DNA of 61,305 nt, counting the filler, from Basidiobolus meristosporus CBS 931.73 (taxonomy: Eukaryota; Fungi; Basidiobolomycota), in assembly GCA_002104905.1 (NCBI GenBank). It is 4 parts of 4 records of this genome, joined end to end, with 100 filler letters (N's around TTAATTAATTAA, not from the genome) between each part and the next. Parts side by side here need not be neighbours in the genome. Positions count along the whole stretch, not along the records: positions 31,450 to 50,139 come from MCFE01001051.1; 3 more parts are not named here. One strand, given 5' to 3'. Positions within the stretch are counted from its first letter, which is position 1; every line of letters starts with the position of its first letter. Both the position numbers and the translations under genes were made by a program. The notes beneath the pieces were generated by a model that was not told the DNA's origin, did no database searches, and was given only the letters and a program-made list of their open reading frames with translations. Positions 32,220 through 44,800 of this stretch are shown here, in pieces.

Positions 32220-35200
32220 TGTTATGATTTACCACTTGAAGGTTTAAGTTGGATCAGTTTTTAGTCATTTCAATTAGTTATATGATTAGCCTATCAGTAT
32301 ATCAGTGATATCTATCAAATATGTAGCATTAGTTAGCAGATGAATCAGCATATCCTTATCAGACAGGAATAGATGTATTAAATGGGATCTTATTGGGTGA
32401 TGATGACACAATCAAATAAGTCATCAGCCACAACCTACTTTAGGAAATATAATTAGTCAGCAATTGATCTGGCAAAAATGTATTTAAGGAGCTGCTGGAA
32501 CCTCAATAAAAATCAGTTCAAGTTTTATTGAATACAATACTAGCTAAACTCCCTATTCCTCTACAACTCTTATACCAAGACTTGTAACATTGGTAGCAGC
32601 AATAACCAGAAGCATCCCACCTGCAGAAAGAAGAAGCCTCCCTCAAGATGTCCAAAAATCAAGAATGGAAGAATACTATGCAGCAAATCCTGGTTCAACA
32701 GAAACAGTTACTCCAGATCCTTAGCCAGCAGCAACAAGGAATGACTACCATGCCCTAAAGCCAGAAAACCCTGTCAAGAGCAATTTGAGTGTGAAGGTCA
32801 ATCTCTACCTGGGATGAGTGTGTGTCCAAAATTCAGGATGCTTTTGAACCTCCACACCAGCAGACACTACTAAGAAGAAAGTTGAAGACACTCAGACAGA
32901 TATGAATGGCTCAAGAGTATATCTATGAATATAGATGTCTACCTGGACAAATTGAAAGAATGGACCCCCTGGATCAAGTGGAATACTTTATTGATGGGTT
33001 GAATGCAAGAACTTGCAAGAAAGTGAATTATCAAAGACCCAAGATTTTTGAAGACACCATCAAGATTGCCATTGACTATGACTCAACTATGCTTGGAGTT
33101 GGGAAGCTCTCAATGACTAATCAGAGAGGCCTCAATCATTATGAAACAAGACAATCAGAAGCTGAGCCAATGGAAATAGGTGCTATGCAGAAGAATCCTA
33201 CCTCAGAAGAATGTAAAAAGAAAGGACTTTGCTTCAATTGCCACCAGCAAGGACATATTGGAAAGCATTGCCCTCAGAGAAGAAATGGACACCAGTCACC
33301 AAGAACCTTTAACCATATTGAGGCCATGGAGCATAGTAACATGGAGGATGAACTTGAAGCCAACTTAGAACTCACCTTCCATACAACAGAAGAATACCTA
33401 TCCCAGATGATCTCAAACTCAGGAAAGCTATTATATTTGAATGGAGTAATCAATGGAGTTCCTGCCAAGATGATGATTGACTCAGGAGCATTGCATGAGT
33501 ACATGTCAGAGCAACTTGCCTTGAAAGCTGGAATCAACTTAGAACCTACCAATCAACTTTAGTCTCAACTGCTGATAGGATCTCTCACACAATCAACTGT
33601 ATTTCTCAGCCAGTAGGGATGAAGATCAATGACTATGAAGAAGATCTACAGGCCTATATATTTGGGAACTGCAAGTTTGACCTTGCACTTGGGAAAACCT
33701 GGCTATTTTGTTGTATTCCTTCAATCAATTGGAGAACCCATGCTACTCAGATTCAGACAGACAACAAGACCTATGAGCTATTACCTGCCAGACTGGATTT
33801 CAACTTGGTTAATTCCAGTGTGTGAAACAAGTGAACTTAGCAAGACAGAGTTCTTTAGAGCACTTAGAAAAGGTACCCATCTGTTCCTCATGGCAGTATT
33901 ACAGGAGGATTCCTCTACTCCAGTACCCCAGAAAGTCCAGACTCTTCTGAAGGAATAATTAGATGTATTTTGTGATGAACTTGTAAGCCTACCACCACTC
34001 AGAGATGTGGATCATGCCATTGCCACAGGAGATAGCCCTCCAGGGAGTAAGACATCTTACAGAATGAGTCCATTGGAGTTGCAAAAGATGAAGAGGCAAT
34101 CAGATCAGTTATTGTGTTACAAATCTTGGTATAAGAGTTGTAGTGGAATAGGGAGTTTAGCTAGTATTGTATTCACTAAAACTTGAACTGATTTTTATTG
34201 AGGTTCCAGCGGCTCCTTTTATACATTTTGCCAGATCAATTGCTGACTAATTGTATTTCCTAATGTAGGTTTGTGGCTGATGACTCATTTGATTGCATCA
34301 TCATCACCCAATAAAATCCTACTTAATATATCTATTTCTGTCTGATAAGGATCTGCTGATTCATTTGCGACTAATGCTACTGATTTCATAGATAATACTG
34401 ATATACTGATAACCTAAACATATACTAATTGATTTGACTAAAAACCGATCTAACTTAAACATTCAAGCAGCAGATCATAACAATTGGAGCAAGGATATAC
34501 CAGACCCAACAAGTCACCTTGGGGAGCACCAGTACATTTTGTGCAGAAGGATGGAACACTTAGGATGTGCATTAACTACAGAGCCCTCAACTCAATTATT
34601 GTAAAGAATAAGTACCCCATACGTTGGATTGATGAGCTTTTGGACCAACTCAATAGAGCCACTATTTTCAGCAGGATTGACCTCATGTCAGGATACAACC
34701 AGAATAGAGTGAAGCCAGAAGACATCCCTAAGGCAGCATTCAGGACCATATAGGGACATTACAAGTACCTAGTCATGAGTTTTGGCCGCACCAATGCCCC
34801 TGCAATGCTCATGACTCTGATGCAAGCTTTCTTCCAGGAGTACTTAGACAAGTTTGTGATAATCTACCTAGATGACATAATGTTATACAGCAAGACAGAA
34901 GAGGATCACATGGGGCACATTGAAATGGTCTTGAAGAAGCTAAGAGAGAACAAACTATATGGCAAGCTAGCCAAGTGTGTATTCTTCAAGGAACACATTG
35001 AATATCTGGGACATATAGTGACTAGCATAGGAGTGAGTTTAGACCCAAAGAAGGCTGAAGTTGTCAAGAAGCTGAAGCAGCCTCATAACATATCAGAGCT
35101 CAGATCATTCCTTGGAATGGTTTCCTATTATTGGAGATTTGCCAAGTCCTTTGCAAGTATTGCAGCCCCTTTAACTGATATCTTCAAGAACAACAATACC

Positions 35201-37324
35201 TACCAGTGGTACATAGCTTGTGAGGCTGCCTTCAGATGCTCAAGAGTGAAGTTGCTAAGCTGCCAAGCTTAAGAAAAACTGACTTCAAAAAAGAGTTTAC
35301 TGTGTGCACAGATGCTTCAGATTATGCAATTGGTGGAGTGTTGAGCCAAGAACACAAGTGAAAGGACTACCCAGTGGCCTTTGAATCCAGGAAACTGAAC
35401 TCAGCAGAACAAAACTATCCAGTCCATGATAAGGAGATGCTTGCTATATTATACTGCTTGAAGACATGGAGATGCTATATTGAAGGAGTCAAATGCGCTG
35501 TGAAGACTAATCATACCTTCCTCAAGTATATATTTACTCAGAAGGTATTCTCTAGAAGAGTGACAAGATGGAGTGAATACATTCAGCAATTTGACTTAGA
35601 GATTGTCCACTGCCCTGGGAAAAGCAACATAGTTGCTAATGCGTATCAAGAGTAGAACAGGTTGCACAACCCAACTTGATGAATGAATCAGACTGGCCTA
35701 GCCTATTACCAAAGTACTTGGAGGACCAAGCCATTCATAATGAGGTGGATGAGGTGATCAGGCAGATAATCTGGGATGAAGCCAGCAAATATGTGGTACA
35801 GGATGAAACACTCTACCAAACTGTTGATGGAAGCCCTATTGCCTCTTTGCCGTAAGTTGTTTGCCTGGATTTATTATGTAAGCTATACAATGGATTTGGA
35901 CATCTTAGGATTGGCGGAACCTATAGCCCTTTGAAAGCCAGAGCATGGTGGCCCAGAATGAAACAAGATATTAAGAAGCTAGGGAATACCTGCCCAAATT
36001 GCCAAATCAATCAAGGCAGGCCACAAAGAATTGCCAAACTCTTTCCCTTGGAGCCAGTAAGACTATTTGAAAGATGGGAATTGACTTTACTGGAAGACTG
36101 CCATCTATCAGGAAATGCAACCATTGGATCCTAGCAGCAATTGACCATGCTACAAAATGGTCAGTGGATAAAGCAGTACCTGTAGCCAGTGAACAAGAAG
36201 TAGCAAGATTCATCTACCATGTTATCCATATGAAGTTTGAATGCACTGTACAGACTTTATCCAACAGAGGGGCAAACTTTATGGCAAAGACATTGTAAGC
36301 CTACCTGGAAATGCAGCACATCAGACACTTTAAAACTTTGGCATATCACCCTAGAACTAATGGAGTCACTGAGTTGTTTGGTGGATTATTTGGGAAAATG
36401 CTGACCAAGTACACAAATAGAGCTGTCAGTAGATAGGATGAGTATATAGACCAAGTACTCTTTGTATGCAGAGTTAGAGTACACAACATCACCCAACAAT
36501 TGCCATTTTACTTACTGTATGGATGTGAACCAAGGATTCCAGGAGATCTCACACAACCAAAGCATACAGACACCTTAGAAGATGAGCTCAGTCAGACAAG
36601 TAGACACCAACAACTGGAACAAAGACATCAAAAGGCACAGGCCAAAGTATCTCAAAGTGCACAAAAGATGAAGCAGAGATTTGATAAGACTCTATGACAA
36701 GAATCATTGACAGTTGAGAACTTTGTATTGCTTAGAAACAATACTTGGAAGAAGTTTGAGCCACAATGGACTGGACCATTTAAGATCACCAGAGAATGTC
36801 CATATGCAACTAACCAACTAGTGGACAAACCAGGAAATATCCAGGAAGATTTAGTCCATAGAGTCAGACTCAAGCTGGCAAGACTTGCTGACAATACTTA
36901 ACCATCAAGATATTGGTATCACAAGAAAAGAAATTCAGGAGAACCCTCTCAACTTGAGTAGGGGAGAATATTATGATTTACCGCTTGAGTGTTTAAGTTA
37001 GATCAGTTTTTAGTAAAACAATTAGTTATATGCTTAGCTTATCAGTATATCAGTGTTATCTATCAAATCAGTAGCATTAGCCAGCACATCCTTATCAGAC
37101 AGGAATAGATATATTAAATAGGATCTTATTGGATGATGATGATGCAATCAAATGAGTCATCAGTCTCAACCTACATTAGGAAATACAATTAGTCAACAAC
37201 TGATCTGGCAAAAATGTATATAAGGAGTTGCTGGAACCTCAATAAAATTCAGTTGATTTTTGGTGAATACAATTCTAGCTAAACTCCCTATTCTTCTACA
37301 ACTCTTATACCAAGACTTGTAAAA
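32220..37324 (+). mobile_element. Full-length degenerate Ty3/gypsy element B1 (no chromodomain)
   Basis: LTRs at 32220-32589 (TGTTATGA...TGTAACA) and 36969-37324, PBS TGGTAGCAG 32591-32599, PPT GAGTAGGGGAGAA, 4-bp TSD CATA/CTTA (empty site CTTA in copy 2). gag CCHC (CFNCHQQGHIGKHC), DSGA, YLDD, TDAS and integrase occur in gypsy order with many stops. Confidence 0.92.
34115..34482 (-). mobile_element. Solo Ty3-B LTR inserted antisense into Ty3-B1 RT
   Basis: TGTTACAA...ATCATAACA; perfect 4-bp TSD ATTG; removal restores DQLLEQGY. Confidence 0.93.
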
Positions 37325-37832
37325 CTTATACAGTAGTGTATGACATCAACCTGGTCTTATATCAAATATATTTGAAAACTAATGTGAATGTTGAATTTTC
37401 CCTATATTTTGCATGATGCATCTTGGATTGCATTTACACATATCAGATCACATCAATTGCCAATGTCCTATATGATTATGAACTAGTGAGTAAATTAGCA
37501 ACAAAAGCATCACACCATTGTTTGAAGGTGACTCTTGCAACATAATAATGGGATGCATGGCAATTGCTGGAGATTTATTCATAATGTATGAAAAATTATA
37601 TTAATTAAGCTTATTGCACCAAATCAATTCCTTTTGTCTTCATTCAATCACGTAACAATTTGATATGACATACTCATCTGTAAGGTCTTTCTCATTGGTC
37701 CCATTGCTACCACTAGGTTTCCTTTGATACATTTTATGACTTAGGGCATGCTTAGAATACCAGGCTCAGAAGCTCCCATAGACTTCCATATCCCAGAGTG
37801 CTCAACTGCAGGTTCCATATCAGGAGTATTTT

Positions 37833-38360
37833 TTGTGTACCTTCCTAGTCAGGATTAACAGACCTTCTAGAAGGCAGAGGCACTTTACTTCTGACAAATA
37901 CAAGGCACAGTGTGTGAAGTTTCAAGCACTGTCTGCCGTTGAGGGTAACATCATCTGGTTTGGTGGGCAAATGGCTGGAAGTAAGCATGATAAAGCACTC
38001 TGGAGAGAGGAGCATTCTGAACTCAGAAGATGGGAGAAATGTATGGCAGACTTAGCTTATATAGCAGAGGATTGTCAGAGCTTAGAATGTATTACAGCTC
38101 ATAGGAAGCTAAGTAATGACATGCTTAGCAGGAAGCAGAAGCTCTACAGTGAGATATTTAATCATTTCAGAGTGGCAGTAGAGTATACGTTTAAATATCC
38201 AAAGAGTGTCAGCATATTGGCTGGTGAATTCAGAGGAAAGCCATATATAAGAGAAAACAGAACAATAGGTAAGACAGTCAAGATATTTATCAATGCAGAG
38301 TATATTCATACAAGAAGACAACCACTGAGAGAAATGTGTATGGAGCATTATGCAGAATAA
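37833..38360 (+). pseudogene. DDE_Tnp_4-type transposase (copy 1)
   Basis: RPSRRQRHF..KYKAQCVKFQ, GSKHD, MADLAY, FNHFRVAVEY; N-terminus degenerate. Confidence 0.8.
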
Positions 38361-38559
38361 ATAAAGCAAAAAAAGCACTGTTCTGAGCAGCATACATAAG
38401 ATGGAGTAAAATACCAGTAACTGTAACCTACTACAGGCATCATGGTAGAAATCATGGGACAAGTCTAATACAACTTCTATGTAGATCACCTCAAACTTGT
38501 CTGAGTACCCCAGAAAGTTGGTTTGCATAAAGTTTATGGACAGTGCCAGGGTATTGTTC

Positions 38560-39300
38560 AGGCAAAAACTTCTGATCACATACACACAATGTCTAAGTCT
38601 GGTCCTGAATGTTGTCACAGGGATGGCTTCTTGTTTCTCTCTAATCTGGCTCTACATCAACTTGAGGTCAATTTTGCCAAATACAGAGGCCCCATTGAGC
38701 TGGCCCAAAGGCTCATTAATCCAAGGCATGGGGCACTTATTCTTCACTCTAACTGAGTCAAGGACTTTGTAGTCAATGCACATTCTAAGTGTTCCATCCT
38801 TCTTTTTACAAAAAGTACTGGTGCTCCCCAAAGTGACTTGCTGGGCACAATGTATCATTGCTCCAATAGTTGATCAATTTGTCTCTTCATCTCTTCCAAC
38901 TCCAGTGGACTCATCTTGTGATGTGTTGTGCTCATGGAGAGGGCTTTATCCTGTGTCAATGGCATGATCCACTTCTCTGACTGGTGATGGGCTTACAAAT
39001 TGATCTGAAAACAGGTCAGCATATTCCTTCAGAAGATTCTGGACTCTTGGGGAACTGGTGTGGTGGAATCATCCCATAATTCCACTATGAGCAACATCAG
39101 TGTACCTTTACTAAGGGCTTGACAGAACTGTATCTTGCCAAGCTCACTGATATACAATATTGTGGAATTGATCAAGCTGAAATCCAGTTGGGCAGGCAGT
39201 AGTTTGTAGGTCTGGTGGTATTTTTGATTGGAGTGACATAGGTTCTCCAAATAATAGATGGAATACAGTTGAATAGCCATCTTCTTCCAACTACCAGATT
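38560..39300 (-). mobile_element. Ty3-B PR/RT fragment
   Basis: ORFs 38652..38858 ([13 protein letters not shown]) and 39029..39280; contains the uninterrupted MSPLELEEMKRQIDQLLEQ site. Confidence 0.75.
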
Positions 39301-39399
39301 ATATTTGCCATTTCCAAATGCATACATCTATACTGATTGATGAAAATACAAGCTTACTTTATGCATCCTAGGTAATAATTTTGGTACTTGCCTAGTGTT

Positions 39400-41290
39400 G
39401 ATATATCTAGTGATCATACTCCCCAGCCATTGAAAATCTCCAAAACCTTGTCTGAGGGCTGTTCAAGGCCTTGTTTGCATTCTGAGGCCCATCAACATAG
39501 GCTGAATAGTCATAGGCCAAGCTTGTACCCACATTGATGTAGCCAATTGGGATATATCTGTTCTGGTTGGACCTCTTGTTTTGTAATATGGGATGATCAC
39601 TTCTGGGAGATTCCTGGGTGCTGATTCAGGCTGATACCTGGTTATAGAGTCCTTTTGAGTTAAAAAATTGTCCCTGTTTTGCTCTGACTCACTCTTAGCT
39701 GTGAGCATATTGAGTTCTCATCAATTAGTGCATCCCTGGCCTAGATCAGCTTCTTTGCTTTGGTATTGTAGACTCAGCTTTCTTAAATTTCATTGCAGTG
39801 CCCAAGAATAGACTTTTTACACTTTTAGGTTAATATTTTGACTGATTTTCAGAGAGTTTGCTGTTGTACGCTGTACACCCAACTATTCTTAGAGGCTCTG
39901 CACTAAGTCTGTATCCATAACATGCCTCAAGTGAAGTTGAATCCCAAATCAATCTGTTATAACTTGTATTCTAAGGTATACAGCTGTTGCAACTAATTCC
40001 ACTAAAAAATAATGGCATAATTTTTGGTCTTTGATTATGCATCTTGCCATATAGATTATTGATCTGTTTATACAATCTGCCACTCCATTTTACAGTGGGG
40101 AGTATGGTGTGGTAGCCTCTTGCTTAATATCATAAATTTTGCACAAGTGACCAAAGAGTTTTGAGGTATATTCTCTACTGTTGTAAAAGGGTCTTTTCTT
40201 GAATTTTCCTAGTTACTCTCCCCACCTGGGCTCTGAGCACGCTGAGCTTGGACATACCTTCTTCTTTTTTTTCCTTGAAGTAGACTCATGAATATCCTGC
40301 AAATATTGATAAAAGTGATCAAATACTTCATCCCACCTAAGGAAAAGTTTGCATAGGGACACACAGATCTGAATGATTTACATCTAATTGTCTATATCTT
40401 GATCAATGCAGAGCTCTTGACTGGTTGTCTGAGTTGCTTCCCATATATGCAGGTTTCACAGTGCTCCAGCTAGCTAGGATATTGACATTTACTCCCATAA
40501 TCAGCTCATTGTTGATTATTTGCGCAAAAATCAGTTTTGAGGTGTCCTTTCTGTTGGGCTAATGTATTAGTGCTTGAGCCCTAAAGCTACCTGTATTAAC
40601 TTCCAGATGCAATAGAACTTAAGCTCACTTGTTGAGTATCTGATATCTGAAACTCAAGATAATACAGGCACCACTTTGATTGGTGATCCTGAATCCAGAA
40701 TTACCAAAGCTAAAAGAGGATCCTTCTGCAGTGGCCTTGCTTACAGATAGTAAGCTTGTTACTATTTGCAGCACATTGAGTACTTCTTTGAAGATAAGGG
40801 TATGGCTGTTGCAATCTAAGAAGTGATTGGATATATCAAGAAATAGGGATATTAGTCAAACTGTTGTCTAATCACAAAAAACTCAGTGTTTATACATTTT
40901 TAGAGGTAATACAACTGTAACACTGATTAGGAGAGCTTCTCAACACACAGGAGCACTCTGCAACAATTTCAGGGTTGGTAGATAATGTTTAGCAACAGTG
41001 CTCATTTTATCTGGACTGCAGGAGAATAATCATGAGATAAATGATCTGAAGAAAGTGGCAAAGTTAGGGTCACAAGGTGGTCCTACAGTGAATAACACTA
41101 GTATAGAACTGCTAAGTAAATATTTTGCTGCTGAATGATACCTAATAGTCCAATATTTCAGCCATGGCTTCCTTTAATGCTTCTAAGGTTTACTTGAACA
41201 GCTCCTTCTTCCACTGCATCAAGTATTCTACTGTCACTGATGGAAACCATCATGATGAAGATTTCTGGATATTAGGTGAGAAGTTCTTTT
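39400..41290 (-). mobile_element. Heavily degenerate copia-A internal region (A5)
   Basis: Aligns loosely with A3 28450-30075 (PR/IN region); almost no open frames. Confidence 0.7.
40807..41163 (-). mobile_element. Old diverged solo LTR of copia-B family
   Basis: Reverse complement of the 41826-42194 LTR at both ends; perfect TSD ATGGC (40802-40806, 41164-41168). Confidence 0.85.
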
Positions 41291-41298
41291 TGGTATGT

Positions 41299-41667
41299 TG
41301 TTAGAAGTCTTCATACAAGAGTTTTAGAGGAACGGGGAGTTTAGCTATTATTGTATTCACTAAAATTTGAACTGATTTTTATTGAGGTTCCAGCTGCTCC
41401 TTATATACATTTTGCCAGGTCAATAGCTGACTAATTGCTCTTCCCAATGTAGGCGGTGGCTGCTTATTAGTTAGATTGCATCATCATCACCTAATTAGAT
41501 CCTACTTAATATATTTATTTCTGTCTAATAAGGGCATGCTGCTTCATTTGCTGACTAGTGCTGCTGATCTGATAGATGACACTGATATAGTAACAGGCTA
41601 AGCACATAACTAACTTATTTGACTCAAAACTGATCTAACTTAAACATTCAAGCAGTAGATAACAACA
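41299..41667 (-). mobile_element. Ty3-B LTR
   Basis: Aligns with 34115-34482 and 48688-49055; TSD not recognisable. Confidence 0.8.
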
Positions 41668-41825
41668 CATTTTCAGAGGAACTTGACTTGTCCTGTCTAT
41701 TGTAGCTCAAACTTCAACCAAGTGTTGTTTCTAATCAATACAAAGTTCCCAGCAGTCAAAGCCTGTGGAGATAAGATCTTACCAAATATCTGCTTCATCT
41801 TTTCTGCACTTTGAGGGATTTTGAC

Positions 41826-44800
41826 TGTTGAAATATTGGACTATTTGGTATCATTCAGCAGCTAAAAATTTACTTAACAATTCTAGGCTAGTCTTAGTCA
41901 CTGTAGGACTCATTTACTGCCTTTACTTCGCCACTTTCTCCAGATATATGATCTTATGATTATTCCCCTATAGTCAGGATCAAATTAGCACTATTACCAA
42001 ACATTATGTACTAACCCTGAAACTGTTACAGAATGCTCCTGAATATTGAGAAACCCTCCCTACTTAGTGTTGCAGCTGTATTACTTCTACAAAGGTATAA
42101 ATACTGAGCTTCTTTATGAATAAACAACAGTTCAACTATTATCACTATTTCTTGATAAGTTCCTTATATCCAAATCACTTCTTAAATTGCAACAGGTTAT
42201 GAGCCCCGATTGCCTTAATCTATTCTAAAGATGACTTCTACCAGCAAACAAAGCAATACCAACATCTTCCCTGTAAAGGAGAGGTTTGATGGGAAGAACT
42301 ACAGACTTTGGAGAATCAAGATGCAGATCCACCTTGAGGAAAGAAAGCTTTGGAATATAGTAACAGGAAAGGAAGTTGAGCCCAAAGGAACAGCAGAAGA
42401 TGTGGAGAAGTTTCAAGAGAAGGAGAGAAAGGCCTTCAATGCAATATGCATCAATGTGCAAGACTCCTTCATTGGACAAATCCATGCCTCAAATACTGCC
42501 AAAGCAGCATGGGAATCCTTGGAGAAGATCTTTAGAGCAAAGTCAGTATCAAGCAAGCTTTATTTGAAACGAAAGTTCTTCAACATGAGAAAAAAGCCAG
42601 ATGATGACATGCTACAACTCATTACCAGAATGGAGACACTTGCAGAAGAACTTTACAGTATTAATGCTGGTGTAGATGATGAAGAAAAGATACTCTGTCT
42701 GCTTTGCAGCCTACCAGACGAGTATGAGCCACTCATACTTTCTTTTGAAAGCAGAGAAGACAACTTGACTTTAGACTATGTCAAAGGAAGACTTCTCCAT
42801 GAAGAACTCAGACGTAATGACCAAGCAGAGAAAATTGAAGATAATGCTTTATTCAGTTCAGAAAGGCATACAGAAAAGAAGGGAAAGCAACAAAACCGAA
42901 GAAAACCTGGCTGCTGTAACTACTGTAAGAAGCCAGGACACTGGGCAAGAGAATGCAAGAAGAAACAAGCAGACGAAAAACAGAAACTAGAGCAGGCAAA
43001 CCATATAACTACTGATGAACAGCTATTTGTCACTGTACAAGAGAGTGCAAGTAACCGAAGTAATGAATGGTATATTGACTCTGGAGCATCACAGCATATT
43101 TGTGGTATAAAGGATTGGTTCAGCAACTTAAAGACTATTCCCGTAAGAAAGGTTTATCTGGGAGATAACTCTGCATTGGAAGCTACCGCCAGTGGGTCCA
43201 TACAACTAAATATGAGTGATAACTCAGGGGCAACAACAGCAAAACTGACTGACGTACTCTATGTACCTGGAATAGCTAAGAACCTACTCTCAGTCAGTAA
43301 AGCAACTACTCAGGGACTGAAATTCGTTTTTACTAAGCTGAGCTGCTCAATATTGAGTGAAAATGGACAAAAATTAGCTTCGGGAATCAGAGATCACAAT
43401 ATATACAAGTTACAATGCAAGATCATTGTACCTGAGTATGTCAACATTGCTGAAACCGATGAAACCAACTGGGAGACGTGGCATAGGAGGCTAGGACACA
43501 TAGGGGAACAGAAAATGAGCCAATTGGTGAAAAATCAGCTTGTTTTGGGCCTAAAATACTCAATTCCGATCAAATTGAATGTTTGTAAAGGATGTTCATA
43601 TGGCAAACAAGCTAGGCAACGTTTCAAGAGCTCAGAAGGCATCAATACCACCGAAATATTGGCTATTGTACACTCAGACATATGTGGCCCCATGAGAACA
43701 CTGTCCTTTGGAGCCAAGAGATACTTTATGACGTTTATTGATGACAAGACAAGATATACATGGGTGTACTTCCTCAAAACAAAGGATGAAGCTTTAGAGA
43801 CGTTTAAGCACTTCAAGAACATGGCAGAAACACAAACTGGGTGTAAATTGAAGGTACTACGAAGTGACAATGGAGGAGAATACTGCTCAAAGGAGTTTGC
43901 AAAATACTGCTTGTCTACTGGTATACTTCAACAGACCACAGTTCCTCATACTCCACAGCAAAATGGAGTAGCAGAACGTGCAAACAGAACAATAGTAGAG
44001 ATGGGAAGATCTATGCTACATGATAAGGGAATGGACTACAAGTTTTGGGCTGAATCTGTTGCTACCGCTGTATACATCAAGAACAGATGCCCAACAACAG
44101 CACTACGTGATTCTACACCCTTTGAAGCATATACAGGCAAAAAACCAGATCTCCAGCACCTCAGGATCTTTGGCAGTGATGTTTTTTATCACATCCCTGA
44201 CAAAAAACGCTCAAAGTTGGAACCAAAGAGTAGAAAAGGGATCTTTCTTGGGTATTGTGAAGGTACTAAAGGGTATAGAGTGTATGATGGCGAAATTCAG
44301 AAGCTGATCAAGAGCAGGGACGTTGTATTTGAGGAGAATTCAGATCAGAAAGCCACAGAAATCATTGGCCAGCTGCCTGATGATGCAATCAACACAAATG
44401 AAGAAGATACGTACCAAATCCAGCCAGAGATGGAAGATACTTCTACCAGTTCCAGATCAGAACAGATTATCCCAGTTAGGAGATCTACCAGAATAAGAAA
44501 TGCCCCTGGATCCTGGTGGCAGACATCCAATGATCATGAAGAAGCTTATCTTGCCTTATGTGCCGAACCTCAGAATCTGGAACAGGCAATGCAAGGTCCA
44601 GATGCTACTAAGTGGCAACAAGCCATGCAGGAGGAGTACCAATCACTGATCAAGGCAAAAACGTGGGAACTGGTAGATTTACCAAATGGGAGAAAGCCAA
44701 TAGGATGTAGATGGGTCTATAAGATCAAGATAACCTCAAATGGTGCCGTTGATAAGTACAAGGCTAGATTGGTAGCTAAAGGCTATTCCCAGATCCAGGG

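Larger units (their letters stand above)
31450..38455 (+). mobile_element. ISL2EU/Harbinger-type DDE element copy 1, split by Ty3-B1 (parts 31450-32219 and 37325-38455)
   Basis: Both parts are the reverse complement of contiguous 59408-61290. The transposase remnant 37833..38360 has GSKHD, MADLAY and VAVEYTF. Confidence 0.75.

Noticed and set aside
39400-41290. Classical RIP as cause of degeneration
   Set aside because: Differences I could trace between copies are mainly at CpG sites, and an intact multi-copy-family element persists nearby. A formal RIP index was not computed.
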